DNA of 64,000 bases, taken from assembly GCA_002269645.1 (NCBI GenBank), contig NIVC01002540.1, positions 1 to 64,000 on the forward strand, in the 5' to 3' direction. Source of the DNA: Macrostomum lignano. Lineage: Eukaryota. Both the position numbers and the translations under genes were made by a program. Below the pieces are notes generated by a model. It saw only the letters and a list, made by a program, of their open reading frames with translations, made no database searches and was not told the origin of the DNA. How positions within the stretch are numbered: position 1 is the stretch's first letter; each line of letters opens with the position of its first letter. Positions 42,305 through 55,390 of this stretch are shown here, in pieces.

Positions 42305-42715
42305 TCTGAGTCTCAGTCCTCTCTTTTGAGTCTACTGTCTACTCTTCTGAGTCTACTGTCCTCTCTTCTGAGTCTACTGTCTTCTCTTCTGAGTCTACTG
42401 TCCTCTCTTCTGAGTCTACTGTCCTCTCTTCTGAGTCTACTGTCTACTCTTTTGAGTCTACTGTCTACTCTTTTGAGTTTACTGTCCTCTCTTCTGAGTC
42501 TACTGTCTACTCTTTTGAGTCTACTGTCCTCTCTTCTGACTCTACTGTCCTCTCTTCTGAGTCTACTGTCCTCTCTTCTGAGTCTACTGTCCTCTCTTCT
42601 GAGTCTACTGTCCTCTCTTCTGAGTCTACTGTCCTCTCTTCTGACTCTACTGTCCTCTCTTCTGAGTCTATTGTCCTCTCTTCTGACTCTACTTTCCTCT
42701 CTTCCGAGTCTAATG
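42305..42715. repeat. 21-bp tandem repeat
   Basis: Unit CTCTCTTCTGAGTCTACTGTC, ~19 copies. Confidence 0.93.
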
Positions 42716-43299
42716 TCTCCCCTCTCCGCTTTCCCACCTCACTCCGCTAAAAGCGACACATCGCGACCAAAAAGCCAGGGAAACGCGGAACATTTGGCCG
42801 GCACTGCAGCACAAAGCAAGCATCGAAAGCCATTCAGCAAAGAGATCGTGAGCGGGTTTGGCTGTTGCCTCAGGCATTCTTGTTGCCATAGTGGGGTCAG
42901 CCGAGGCTAACTGAAGCTACTGAGCGATAAATCAGTGACCAGCCTTTGGCAGGCGGGCGGCGGGCAGCACTGCAGCGGCCCATCTGCTGCAAGTCCTGCA
43001 GGGTCCGCCGTTTCTGTCCGAACTGAATATTCATTTCCTTTTAGCCCGCACCGCCATCCGCGCGCCTGACGCAAGGGCTAGCCCAGCCCAGCCGGCTAAG
43101 ACTGATGACGACGCCCAGAGGCTGGGCGACCAGGTTCTCCAATTGGGGATCGGAGGGCAACGGTGCATGGGCCGAGCTGGCTAGAGGCATGCGTGTGAAG
43201 CATTTCTGTAAAGCAAAGCTGTTTAAGTACGCATGTACTTTAATAAAAGATAAGCTCAAATAGTTGTACGCAGTATCAAAGGGACTTCCGGGATTCTCC

Positions 43300-43455
43300 G
43301 TAGCGCTTTTAAGGGATTTCAGGGGGTTCGCTCAGGGACTTCAATGATTCTTCAAGGGGATTTCAGGGGATTCCTTCAGGGACTTCAGGCATTATTCAAG
43401 GGGATTTCAGGGGCTTCTCTGAGGGACTTCAGGGATTCTTCAAGGGGATTTCACC
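43300..43455. repeat. Short degenerate tandem repeat
   Basis: Recurring AGGGACTTCAGGGATTCTTCAAGGGGATTTCAGGGG-like blocks. Confidence 0.7.
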
Positions 43456-45162
43456 TTTAGTCTTTTTGGGATTCGGGATCAGGATTTGCAAGCTTGCTGC
43501 AATTCTGGACTCTGGATTAAAGGCAAGAAAAATCAGGGCCATAAACGGCAGGATCCCCCAACAGAATGATTTGTTGCACCTGCCAGAAGTTCCCCCCCCC
43601 ACCCCGAGTAGCGCCATCCCAACTTTGATAAATAACAATAGCGGGGCAATAACGTTCCTATGGTTTATGCTTGCGAACTGCTGCGCAACCAGCCACAGTG
43701 CTTAGCCATATATTAGCATGCAGGCAACCCCCGGCCAGCGAACACCTTTTAAATTAGGCGGAGTGTAGTTGGAGTGGAGCGGGCGTATGTCGGTGTGTGT
43801 GTGTGTGTGTGTGTGTGTGGTTAAGACCCAACCCGCACCCAGCGCCCGAACACAGTCAGAAATATATGGGGCTTGCGCAAGCGCGGTCCCTTTGTGGCGC
43901 CGCCCGCTGCCGCGCGGCTAAAGGGCTGATGGGGTTGGCGGCCGCCTCTGTGAGTCAAAAATAAGAGAGGCCAGCACCAGCCGCCCCAGGATTTTACAAC
44001 CCGAAAAAAGTTTTATTGCCAATCCCTCCGTCCCGTTGGCCTGGCCTATCCAGAAAAATTAAGCAGCGAGTGAGAGAGAGATCAAAGGGGCCGCTAAAGA
44101 GAGAGCAGCCTCATTTAAAATGAACCAGACTGTGACTGTCTGTCTACCTGGGCCCGCGCCTCCCCAAGATCATATTAGCATTTTTTATCGTGATTTACTG
44201 CCACCTTGCGGCCTAGACTGGCTGGGAGGGAGAGAGTTTAGCATTCACTAGCTGCTATTATAGAACTGTTACAATTGCCGAACTGCAGGAAATTAACGGC
44301 GAAAATGGTATTAAAAATGAATCAATAGAATGTCATTTTTTACCGATGAAGTTTTAATAACAGAATTTTTTTATTTATTATCCCCGGGGAGGCAGACTGT
44401 CTGGGACTGACGGGCCCAGATTGGGGACACGGGAAGGGCCCAGATGTGGGACGGTGCTCGTCAACTCAGCTATTTTATATAAGTAGTCGCAGAGAGCCAA
44501 TTAATTCTTTCAAAGCTTTCGTTTTCTGACGCAGAACAGCCTCTTGGAGGATGGAGAGGATGGCTGGGAATCTGGAGCAGTAAAAAGAAAGATGGAGAGA
44601 AAGACGAGACGAGAACAGGGGTAGAATGGCTGGTATATAGTGTTTCTAGGACCTACGAACTCTCGTAATTCTAAACAGAGGGGCGGGTTCCTCCCCAGTT
44701 AATGGCTCTACACTTTGATGACGCCCCGGAAACTGTGCAACCGCCTCGTTTGTCAAGTGGAAAATTGAATGGTTTGCATTCTTAAAATACTCGTAATGCG
44801 AAATCAAGGGCAAGGCTGCTAATCTGCTATGCTGTTAATGTAACTGTAGCTTGTGACACGATGTGGTGCACTTGCAGCCTATATGGGCCTTGATTTTCGT
44901 TGGTTATTACATTCAATTTAAATTCGTGCCAAAACGGACATCGTTAAAATCGTTCCGGTTATTCCCCAAAATACAATTAGGCTTAAGAGTAAGTGAATAC
45001 TTTCAGGACTTCATAAATTAAAATGTGTTTACTGTTTAAAGTTAGTTTTCAAGGCGTTCAATGATGATTAAAAAGTTAGTTTTTGGCGCGAATTTGAATT
45101 AAACAATCAAAACCATAAAGCACTCTGTGACGTCAAAACGGCACAGCTATATAAACACGAAC

Positions 45163-45346
45163 CTTCAGTCGAGACAGCGGCGGTGAAGTTCTTCAGTCGA
45201 TCTTGCACCAGGCCGTTGTCAATCAGCACCTTCCAGTCCATCAGCGAGGAGCCGCCGCCGCCGCCGCCAGCATCAACCGATGACGCCTCGGACGAAGCAG
45301 CTGCACCGGCACTGCGTTCGCTGACTGATGCCGCTGCTGGTGGCAT
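45163..45346 (-). CDS. Candidate first coding exon of an unidentified gene
   Basis: GC-rich ATG-initiated frame MPPAAASVSERSAGAAASSEASSVDAGGGGGGSSLMDWKVLIDNGLVQDRLKNF... ending at a GT donor (45161-45162). Confidence 0.35.
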
Positions 45347-45956
45347 GGACGATCTGTCGCGAGCGTGGAATAATCTTCGAAATCTTGGTTGGGATTAATT
45401 GGTTCCTTGCAGAGTCTGTGTGGGCAATGGCTCTGTTGCTAGTGTCGGCTTTTTAAAAGCTTTTTTCTGGCCAATGACAGAAGAGCACTGACTAGTGACT
45501 TGCAGCTTTTGCCCCGACCATGGACCGCTAAAGAACTGGATTGGATATAGCCGAGAATCTTCCGTCTTCACACAGATTGCTGAATATTAGGAGCGCTGCG
45601 CAAATTCATTATACTTCTTAATCTTGATGGATTTCAAGTAACGATATTCACACAGTAAAATTATATTAGCAAAATCAGTGAAGAGCTGAAGAACTCTGCA
45701 GGCTGAACGATTTTTCCTATCTCTGTATATTAGGCGCACGGGTCCGCTTCCAGTCCAGACATCTATAGAGGTCTCTGGCCCGACGGTGCAGGAAATGAAA
45801 ATTCCCTTGTTAGCCAATGGCGAGCGAGCAGTTGGACAGCCTTCTGACAAACTTGGGAGACTATAAAACCAATAATTGTATTATAGATCCATTCGAAAAC
45901 CGCATCATAAGTCTCAATAAAATTACGATGTAACATGATACAGCTACTGAGCGTCT

Positions 45957-46620
45957 TTGGCGCCGAACTCGGCTCTGTTTGGAGCGCTATAAAATAAGTG
46001 TCATTGGCGCCGAACTCGGCTCTGTTTGGAGCGCTATAAAATAGGTGTCATTTGGCGCCGAACTCGGCTCTGTTTGGAGCGCTATAAAATAAGTGTCATT
46101 GGCGCCGAACTCGGCTCTGTTTGGAGCGCTATAAAATAAGTGTCATTGGCGCCGAACTCGGCTCTGTTTGGAGCGCTATAAAATGGATGTCATTTGGCGC
46201 CGAACTCGGCTCTGTTTGGAGCGCTATAAAATAAGTGTCATTGGCGCCGAACTCGGCTCTGTTTGGAGCGCTATAAAATGGATGTCATTTGGCGCCGAAC
46301 TCGGCTCTGTTTGGAGCGCTATAAAATAAGTGTCATTGGCGCCGAACTCGGCTCTGTTTGGAGCGCTATAAAATAGGTGTCATTTGGCGCCGAACTCGGC
46401 TCTGTTTGGAGCGCTATAAAATAGGTGTCATTTGGCGCCGAACTCGGCTCTGTTTGGAGCGCTATAAAATAAGTGTCATTGGCGCCGAACTCGGCTCTGT
46501 TAGGAGCGCTATAAAATGGATGTCATTAGCGCCGAACTCGGCTCTGTTAGCTCGTAGGAGCGCTATAAAATAGGTGTCATTAGCGCCGAACTCGGCTCTG
46601 TTAGCTCGTAGGAGCGCTAG
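45957..46620. repeat. 47/48-bp tandem minisatellite, ~14 copies
   Basis: Unit TGGCGCCGAACTCGGCTCTGTTTGGAGCGCTATAAAATA(A/G)GTGTCAT(T). Confidence 0.95.
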
Positions 46621-47269
46621 AATCCTTTATTTGTTTTGTCAAAGCCAAAAAATAAAAAAGTCAAAATCGCAAACATAATTAGGTGGGAGGGGGGTTTAAA
46701 GAGCTCACAGCTCGGCACCAACTCAATTCGAATCGAATAGAAGAGGGTCGTGACTATCAATACATTTTAGTCAGTTTTATGACCCAGCCAGCCGGTTCAA
46801 AGCAGCTTGGGCGCGCAAGTGTACACAGCAATTTATCAGTACCCTTTTGCCCCAGGCCTATATACGAGTGAGCACGACATGGGTTAACAGCCAGCGGTGT
46901 AGCTACGAGAGGCCAAGTATAGAACAGCCGGCCTTTTGAGTCACTCATCAGCTTTTTGATCTTACCGCCCAAGATAAGAGGGAGAGGCGGGGGGCGGAGT
47001 AGTATAGGGGTGGCGGTTTTTGTTTGAGCGCCCACTGCACAGCTATGGCGGCGGCTACCATGAAGCTGTGTGAGCAATGTTATAAGGATTTTCGGTCAAT
47101 ATTAATAATGAGGAGGATAATTATATCGAATGAGCCTGTCCAGAGACTCACAAATTCAGGATAAACAGCAGAGCAGACTCCTTCCGGTTTAACAGTAAGC
47201 ACCCAAGGCCGATTCTATGATGGTAGCTCTTGCATTCCATGTAACAATGGGCCGAAGTGCCAACATCGT

Positions 47270-47890
47270 GGGGAGTCAGAGAGCGCCAACATCTCACGAA
47301 GTATCAGGATTAAGAAACGCCAACATCCTGGAGTGTCAGGGGCGCCAAAATCTTGGAGAGTCAGGAGGCGTCAACATCATGGTGTTAGGGGGCACCAAAA
47401 TCTTGGAGAGTCAGTAGGCACCAAAATCTTGGAGAGTCAGGAGGCGCCAACATCATGGTGTTAGGGGGCGCCAAAATCTTGGAGAGTCAGTAGGCACCAA
47501 AATCTTGGAGAGTCAGGAGGCGTCAACATCATGGTGTTAGGGGGCACCAAAATCTTGGAGAGTCAGTAGGCACCAAAATCTTGGAGAGTCAGGAGGCGCC
47601 AACATCATGGTGTTAGGGGGCGCCAAAATCTTGGAGAGTCAGTAGGCACCAAAATCTTGGAGAGTCAGGAGGCGTCAACATCATGGTGTTAGGGGGCACC
47701 AAAATCTTGGAGAGTCAGTAGGCACCAAAATCTTGGAGAGTCAGGAGGCGCCAACATCATGGTGTTAGGGGGCGCCAAAATCTTGGAGAGTCAGGAGGCG
47801 CCAACATCACAGTGTCAGGGGGCGCCGAAAACATGACGTGTCAGGAGGCGCCAACATCATGGTGAGTCAGGAGGCGCCAACATCGCGGAG
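47270..47890. repeat. Composite minisatellite, 25-26-bp subunits in a ~77-bp higher-order unit
   Basis: GGCACCAAAATCTTGGAGAGTCAG(T/G)A alternating with GGCG(C/T)CAACATCATGGTGTTAGGG. Confidence 0.9.
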
Positions 47891-48297
47891 TGTCAGGGTG
47901 GGCCAGCATGCATTATTTACGACATTTTCGCCACTTTAATAACGGCGGTGCACCCGATTTCGGACAGCACGGCCTCAAACGCAATTTAACTGTCTCATAT
48001 TACCTCCAATTGAAGAGTGAATTTAGTAGTACAATCCAGTCCAACCAAGTATTTATTAATTATGAACAGGCAACCAGGATCTTAGCATCCGAGAAAAGGT
48101 ACTCGTACATATCAGGGGACAAGTTTATTTGTTTACAAATTAAAACCAAATTGAAACGAGCAAAGAAATGCAAATTTATAGAAGACATCAGCATCGTTTT
48201 ACAAAAATACCATTTTACCAACTTAGCTACTTAAAAGTAGCGTAGTAAGACTTTTTGAAAAATTGCTGCTATTTTGACTTAAAAAATTACTTATTCT

Positions 48298-49113
48298 CTA
48301 ATTAGAATGCGACTTGGTCACCATTGCAGCGGACAGCTCAGTCTGGAAGGTGTCCACTGTCGCTGCCGCCACCTCAGCAGCCAGCCGATCACGCTGGCGC
48401 CGGTTGCAGAACCAGGTGAGAACAACTGGCTTAGGCAGGCCGAGGCGGCTGCTCAAAGCCGCCGAATCGGCTTTTGACAGATGCGGCGTGTGCAAATAGT
48501 GGCGCTCGAGCTGCGCCAACTGGGCGCCAGACGGCTGGCAGCGGGGGCGCCGGGCGCGCCGCTGTCGGATCAGCCGAGTCGGCGGCCCGACGGCGCCAGT
48601 CTCAGCTGCGCTGGCCGCGGCGGCTACGATGGAGTCGGCGGCCTCGGGACCGAGCAGCTCGCGAGCCTCGAGGTCGGCCAGCCAGCGGCGCAGCAGCGGC
48701 CAGACGTCGGTCATGTTGTCCAGACTGAGGTCGGCCAGCTCAAAGCGGCTGAGCATGCCCTGGCTGATTGTGCACTTGTACAGCCGCTCCATTGCCAGAC
48801 AGGCGTCCAGCTGCGAGTAGCCCAGCTCCTCCCGGCGCCGGCGAAACCGCTGGGCAAAGGCGGCCAGCTCCGCCATGCTGGCGCCGGAAGGTCCGGCTGC
48901 GTCGGCGGCAGCGCTGGCAGCCGACTGCTGACGGGCCGCGTTGGCTGGCAACTCGGCGATGCTGGCACTCATCGAAGGCGCCAATAACTTGGTGTCGGCA
49001 GCATCGGCCGCGGCTTCGGCGCCGGCCCGCGGCAACAGCAGGAACTGCTGCCTATCCGGCGGGTACTGGCGGCAGCTCAGGCTGGGCGGCTGCTCAACTG
49101 GCACGGCATTCAT
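48298..49113 (-). CDS. Divergent POU-domain homeobox transcription factor (no intron in this stretch; 5' end uncertain)
   Basis: POU-specific-like domain ELAAFAQRFRRRREELGYSQLD...ISQGMLSRFELADLSLDNMTDVWPLLRRWL; homeodomain ending in the POU hallmark VVLTWFCNRRQRDR. Confidence 0.88.
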   Translation of the reverse strand: MNAVPVEQPPSLSCRQYPPDRQQFLLLPRAGAEAAADAADTKLLAPSMSASIAELPANAARQQSAASAAADAAGPSGASMAELAAFAQRFRRRREELGYSQLDACLAMERLYKCTISQGMLSRFELADLSLDNMTDVWPLLRRWLADLEARELLGPEAADSIVAAAASAAETGAVGPPTRLIRQRRARRPRCQPSGAQLAQLERHYLHTPHLSKADSAALSSRLGLPKPVVLTWFCNRRQRDRLAAEVAAATVDTFQTELSAAMVTKSHSN

Positions 49114-49261
49114 GCGGCCGTCAATCAGGCTCTGGGCCAGGTGCTCCACCTGACGCTGGGTTACTAAGCCGCATAGAGGCACAAGAATGTCTGGCCTGTT
49201 AAATATGATTGTGCGATGTCAGTAATGATGGCCTCTTAGTCTCGATGCCGTATACTCTGTT

Positions 49262-50183
49262 TGGGGGTGGGTGCCACTCTATTTGAGGCGTGGGTGCCAC
49301 TCTATTTGAGGGGTGGGTGCCATTCTATTTGAGGGGTGGGTGCCATTCTATTTGAGGGGTGGGTGCCATTCTATTTGAGGGGTGGGTGCCATTCTATTTG
49401 AGGGGTGGGTGCCATTCTATTTGAAAGGGTGGGTGCCACTCTATTTGAGGGTTGGGTGCCATTCTATTTGAGGGGTGGGTGCCATTCTATTTGAGGGGTG
49501 GGTGCCATTCTATTTGAAAGGGTGGGTGCCACTCTATTTGAGGGTTGGGTGCCATTCTATTTGAGGGGTGGGTGCCATTCTATTTGAGTGGTGGGTGCCA
49601 TTCTATTTGAGGGGTGGGTGCCATTCTATTTGAGGGGTGGGTGCCATTCTTTTGAGTGGTGGGTGCCATTCTATTTGAGTGGTGGGTGCCATTCTATTTG
49701 AGGGGTGGGTGCCATTCTATTTGAGTGGTGGGTGCCATTCTATTTGAGGGGTGGGTGCCATTCTATTTGAGTGGTGGGTGCCATTCTATTTGAGGGGTGG
49801 GTGCCATTCTATTTGAGTGGTGGGTGCCATTCTATTTGAGTGGTGGGTGCCATTCTATTTGAGTGGTGGGTGCCATTCTATTTGAGGGGTGGGTGCCACT
49901 CTATTTGAGGGGTGGGTGCCATTCTATTTGAGGGGTGGGTGCCATTCTATTTGAGGGGTGGGTGCCACTCTATTTGAGGGGTGGGTGCCATTCTATTTGA
50001 GGGGTGGGTGCCATTCTATTTGAGGGGTGGGTGCCATTCTATTTGAGGGGTGGGTGCCATTCTATTTGAGTGGTGGGTGCCATTCTATTTGAGTGGTGGG
50101 TGCCATTCTATTTGAGGGGTGGGTGCCACTCTATTTGAGGGGTGGGTGCCATTCTATTTGAGGGGTGGGTGCCATTCTATTTC
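49262..50183. repeat. 23-bp G-rich tandem repeat, ~40 copies, upstream of the POU gene
   Basis: Unit ATTCTATTTGAGGGGTGGGTGCC. Confidence 0.96.
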
Positions 50184-51346
50184 GGGGGGGGGCACCAGCG
50201 CTTTAAACAAGAGGTCTTCAAAGATGGTATCAAGGGGGTGCCATATGCTTTTGCCAGTCAATTGGGTGACCTGTACTGCGTGGTTTGGAACAAAAATCTG
50301 GCACAATCTCTCTATCAAAATTGCATAGACACTGGATTTTACCTGTAGGTTCGACCAGAGAAGCGCAGGCGCACTAGGGTAGCACCAGCTGCATCAGCCA
50401 GGCCAAACTGCTCATTTCTGGGCACCTGTGCCAGTCTGAAACTGGACAGAACTTCTGCTGTTGAATTTGACTTCCTTTTGCTGGATTTAGAGTCCATTGG
50501 ATTGAAATAGCTGAGGATTGTGAAAGGGGAGACTCTGTTGATGTTTACCAAAAGTATATATTGCATATAATATGTTTTCTAGTCATAATTTTACAAAATA
50601 TTAGTCTTCAGTGATTTAATTTAACAGAAAAGCACAATAAAATAAGCCTGGGTTCTTAAGTATCAGAATTGCAGAGCCATTTGGTATCAATTGAAAATTT
50701 CAAAATTAAATATAATGCTATGGCTCATATGGGGAAATTGCTGAGATTCCAAGAGTCAATTGGGAGTTGTTGATAGGCCAAGCACCAAAGGGAGGCTTTG
50801 ATGTCAAAGCTCAAAGTGGTGCTAATATGTAAGGCTAGATAGCTAGCTTTAGCATAGATGCTTTTTGAATTAAACATCTTTTTCTTCAGTATATTAATAA
50901 TAGTGAATATAAAAACCCAATAGCTATATTTAGTTTATTCAAAAAAATATCTAGTTTATTCCTTTTTTGTTGTCTACCTAATGCAGAGGATAAAAAAAAA
51001 ATCATTTTTAAGTGTTAACACTGTATATTTTTAGTGCCAACTTGAAAAGAATTTAACTAAGAAAAAATGCATATAATAACTTCATCTTGATAATTATATT
51101 AATAATTATAATAATTTTAAAATAGGGCTGAACCAACTACATATTGATTTCAGCAAAACTGGACTCACAAAGCTACTACTAGTAATTTTGAACTTGTGCT
51201 TTAATATTTCTTTTGGTTTCTTATTAAAGATGTGATTGCCAGCCAACTTGGCTAATCTAGCTTGCAACAATGTAAGTTGCAAAAGGAATAAACAAAGTTA
51301 TATTTTTGTCAAAACAAAGTTTTATGGTTGCTATAATTTCAGAGGT

Positions 51347-51348
<2 letters not shown>

Positions 51349-51398
<50 letters not shown>
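51349..51398. repeat. (TA)n microsatellite
   Basis: Direct observation. Confidence 0.95.
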
Positions 51399-51402
<4 letters not shown>

Positions 51403-52169
51403 TCTGATTAAAGACTATGTGATATTTGCCTGATTGATTCTTTTTATAGCTTTTTGAAGTATTATAGATTAAATTAATAGTATTATAGGCCTATTTGATC
51501 TTTCCTAAAGCAATCTTATCACTGGTCTATTACCACTAAGTTATAATAAGGCTTTGCTCTGCTGTTCTTATAAAATCCTACTGCTTGTGCTAAGTTGTTG
51601 CAAATGCATTTTCTATTATGAAATATCCTTTTAGTTTTATTCCTATTCTATCATTAAACTGCTTATTAAACTAAAAAGACTATTGTTGGTACAATTTACT
51701 ATTAGTAGTGCTAGTGCCCAAGTGGCAAAACACTACTAACTGATTCTATTTTCCAAAATTATTTTACTAATGATTGATAGGTAAATTGATAGGCTTCTTT
51801 TAAGGAATTACAGTCTATCACAACTTATTAATGCATTATGTTAATATGTCTAAGCAACACACATATATTTCTTAGGGATTCTCAAATTTTTACCTAGCAC
51901 TAGGCAATCTACCTTTTATACTCTTTATATATGTTTTATTTATTAGACACTTATTTTATAGGCAAAATACCTTTTTTGACCAAAACAGTCTTTGCTTTGC
52001 AATCACTACTTTAATTGGCATATGTACTAGGGGTATTCTACTATACCCCTAGTACTCTAACCAAACCAAACCTAGTACTCTAATCTAACCAAAACCCTCT
52101 CAGATCCTACTGCTGCCACCAAGTTGTACTAGGGGTAGAGATTATAATAAGATAAGAGATTACAAAGAT

Positions 52170-52640
52170 AAGAGGGGAGATGAGAGACAGAGGGGGAGAG
52201 AAGTTAGTTAGTGAGGAGAGAGGAAAGGAAAGAGGAGAATGGAGAAGGGAGAGAGTAGAGGAGAAGAGAGAGAGAGAGAGAGAGAGAGGGGGAGAGAGAA
52301 GGAGAGAGAGAGAGAGAGAGAGAGAGAGGGACAGCTGAGAGAAATAAGAAGAGAAAAAAGAGAAGAGAAAAGAAGAGAGATGAAAGATAAGAGAGTATAC
52401 ACAAGAGAGAAGAGAGGTGAGGTAAGAGATCACAGAAGAAAGGGAGAAAGGAGAGAGAAGAGAAGAGATAAGAGAGATGAAAGAGGAGAGATGAGGGAAG
52501 GTATGGGAGAAGAAGGGAGAGAGGTGAGAGGAAAAAGGAGAAAAGGTAAGAGGAGAGAGGAGAGGAAAGACAAGGGACAAGAGAGAAAAGAGGAAACAGA
52601 AGAGAAGATAGAAGTTGCAAAGGATTCAAGGGACATAGGG
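52170..52640. repeat. GA-rich low-complexity tract
   Basis: (GA)n runs and purine-dominated sequence. Confidence 0.9.
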
Positions 52641-53519
52641 AGAGTCAGAGGCAGAGGCCAGAGTTTGCCAATACATGAAATCCTAATTTTATACAATTGT
52701 AGGCCTACTCCATTTTATGTTTACCTTATCCTACTAACTATTAACAAGTTTTTGTTTAAGTATGGTCCCAAATACAATAATACATGCAAAAACAGTTCCA
52801 CAGATTAGAATTCCCCAGGTTCAAAATCCACAGGTTTCAACAGCTTGTAATATGCAAAAGTGTATAGTAGTAGTAATAATAGTAGTTAAGTTTGGCTCAG
52901 GCAAGAAGCCTGTTTGGCCAGTATACATTAGTATATTTAATAAAAAATTCAAGAGTAGAAAGAAAACCCTATGTATAAGTACAAGTTTTGCAATAATAGA
53001 GTATTTGAAAAAGTGCCTAAATTTTTCTGAAACTTCAAACAAGCTTTAACAATTAACAAAGCAAAAAATATTTAAGTAAGGAATTAAAAAACAAGTATTG
53101 TATGAACTTGATGTATAGCAATTCAATTGATCCTGTAGGTGATAAAAATGAGTATGTAGGTATTAATCAGATAAAAACAAATTTTTATTAAGTATGGTAT
53201 TTGAATGTGTCTGGGATTTTTTTGTAGTAAATGTGATAATTTTAAATACAAGCAATTTAGACAAAAAGCAATCTAGTGTGGCCCCCTTCGGGGCGCCCAA
53301 TAAGAACGAAGCAAAAATAGTTTATGGAAATCAATGAAAAAGCACATTTTCTTAAAAACTAAGTCCTTCATCACTTTTAAAAATCACCTTATTCATTTAA
53401 AATTGTCATGGACAATAATATTTGCTATGAATCTCTTTTTTTCTAAAATTAACAAACAGACAAGAAAATATAGCTTTCACAAAGATCACAGTCATTACCC
53501 CTAAATAGAAAATATTCCC

Positions 53520-54075
53520 AAGACAGCAAGCATCCCCCCAGTAGCAAGCACCCTCCTCCAAAAGTAAACAACCGCAGATAGCAAGCATCCCCTAATACTC
53601 CTAGCAAGTATCCACCCAGATAGCAAGCATCCCCTAATACTCCTAGCAAGTATCCACCTAGATAGCAAGCATCCCCTAATACTCCTAGCAAGTATCCACC
53701 CAGATAGCAAGCATCCCCTAATACTCCTAGCAAGTATCCACCTAGATAGCAAGCATCCCCTAATACTCCTAGCAAGCATCCACCCAGATAGCAAGCATCT
53801 TGCAGATAGCAAGCATCCCCCAAATAGAAGCATCCCCCGGATAAAAGCATCCACCCAGATAGCAAGCATCCCCCAAATAATGTAGAAGCATCCTTTCAGA
53901 TAGCAAGCATCCCCCAAATAATGTAGAAGCATCCTTTCAGATAGCAAGCATCCCCCAAATAATGTAGAAGCATCCTTTCAGATAGCAAGCATCCCCCAAA
54001 TAATGTAGAAGCATCCTTCCAGATAGCAAGCATCCTGCACATAGCAAGAATTCCTAAATAGCAAGCATCCCTGGA
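53520..54075. repeat. 41-42-bp tandem repeats
   Basis: AGATAGCAAGCATCCCCTAATACTCCTAGCAAGTATCCACC(C/T), followed by a related AGATAGCAAGCATCCCCCAAATAATGTAGAAGCATCCTTTC array. Confidence 0.92.
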
Positions 54076-54134
54076 TAGAAATAATCCTATACATGTAGCC
54101 AAGCTTATCAAGCGCAGTAATTCTTGGCTATGGA

Positions 54135-54700
54135 GTGAAGTAATCCTTGGTTTATTAAGACCAATAATCTTTGGCTTATCGAGTGCAGTAATCCTTGGTT
54201 TATTAATAGCAATAATCCTTGGCTTATCGAGTGCAGTAATCTTTGGTTTTCTAAGTGCAGTAATCCTTGGTTTATTAATAGCAATAATCCTTGGCTTATC
54301 GAGTGCAGTAATCTTTGGTTTTCTAAGTGCAGTAATCCTTGGTTTATTAATAGCTATAATACTTGGCTTATCGAGTGCAGTAATCCTTGGTTTTCCAAGT
54401 GCAGTAATCCTTGGTTTATTAAGAGAAATAATCCTTGGCTTATTGAGTGCAGTAATCCTTGGTTTATTAATAGCAATAATCCTTGGCTTCTCGAGTGCAG
54501 TAATCCTTTGTTTTCCAATTGCAGTAATCCTTGGTTTATAAAGAGCAATAATCCTTGGCTTATCGAGTGCAGTAATCCTTGGTTTATTAATAGCAATAAT
54601 CCTTGGCTTCTCGAGTGCAGTAATCCTTTGTTTTCCAATTGCAGTAATCCTTGGTTTATAAAGAGCAATAATCCTTGGCTTATCGAGTGCAGTAATCTAA
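54135..54700. repeat. Composite ~21-22-bp subunit tandem repeat
   Basis: Recurring GAGTGCAGTAATCCTTGGTTTATTAATAGCAATAATCCTTGGCTTATC. Confidence 0.9.
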
Positions 54701-55354
54701 GTTTTGTTTTATTAAAGGACTAAATGTTTTATTAAAGGACTAAATATTTAATAAAAGCTTTTAATAAAAAATTTTACACTACTACTTTTAAACTACTTAG
54801 ATTCGAAACCAGGTCGCTGCATTAGCAGTCTAGCTCTTCAGCTCTAGGCTAGCTCTCATCGAAGTTATCAGTGAATTTGTACCACTTATATAATTCAACA
54901 CTCATACCAAGTCAGGTAGAGTAAAAAGTCACACAAAGCAGTTATGACATAATCAATTTCTTAGGCAAGTCAGTACCAGTGTCTATGAAAGTTAACAAAT
55001 GGTTACGTAATATAAATTGGGTACTGCGCTATGCTTTTACACTCAAAGCTGTGATGAAATTCAATTGAGTGTCAAATTCAGCCAGTACACAGACGATAAA
55101 TAAAGTGTAAATTGTGATGCAATCCATTTTAGAATTTAGAATTCAACTAGTCAGTTTTTCTGCTAGCATTCTTACAATGCATTTCAAGTCGAAAGAGCTG
55201 CTTGACCTTTGCAAAAAAGCATGTTTTTCGAATATTTAATCCCTTTAGCATCAAGCAATTTCTTAGCAACGATGCATGTACCATCACGGAAAAATTTCTG
55301 ATCGAATGGTGCAAATTTGAAGAAAATCAGTTGAGCCGTTTTTGCTAAAATCGA

Positions 55355-55390
<36 letters not shown>

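Noticed and set aside
42326-42910. Leucine-zipper-like (LLSLLSS)n ORF
   Set aside because: Translation of a 21-bp tandem repeat.
41896-43260. Candidate ectodomain or signal exons of the p75-like gene
   Set aside because: Some Cys-containing and hydrophobic frames exist, but I could not assemble a consistent spliced frame with TNFR CRD spacing.
50339-50566. Possible upstream exon of the POU gene
   Set aside because: Its donor phase does not join the POU frame at the nearest acceptor; function unsupported.
52107-54723. Hydrophobic or charged ORFs in the AT-rich region
   Set aside because: All derive from GA-rich tracts or tandem repeats.
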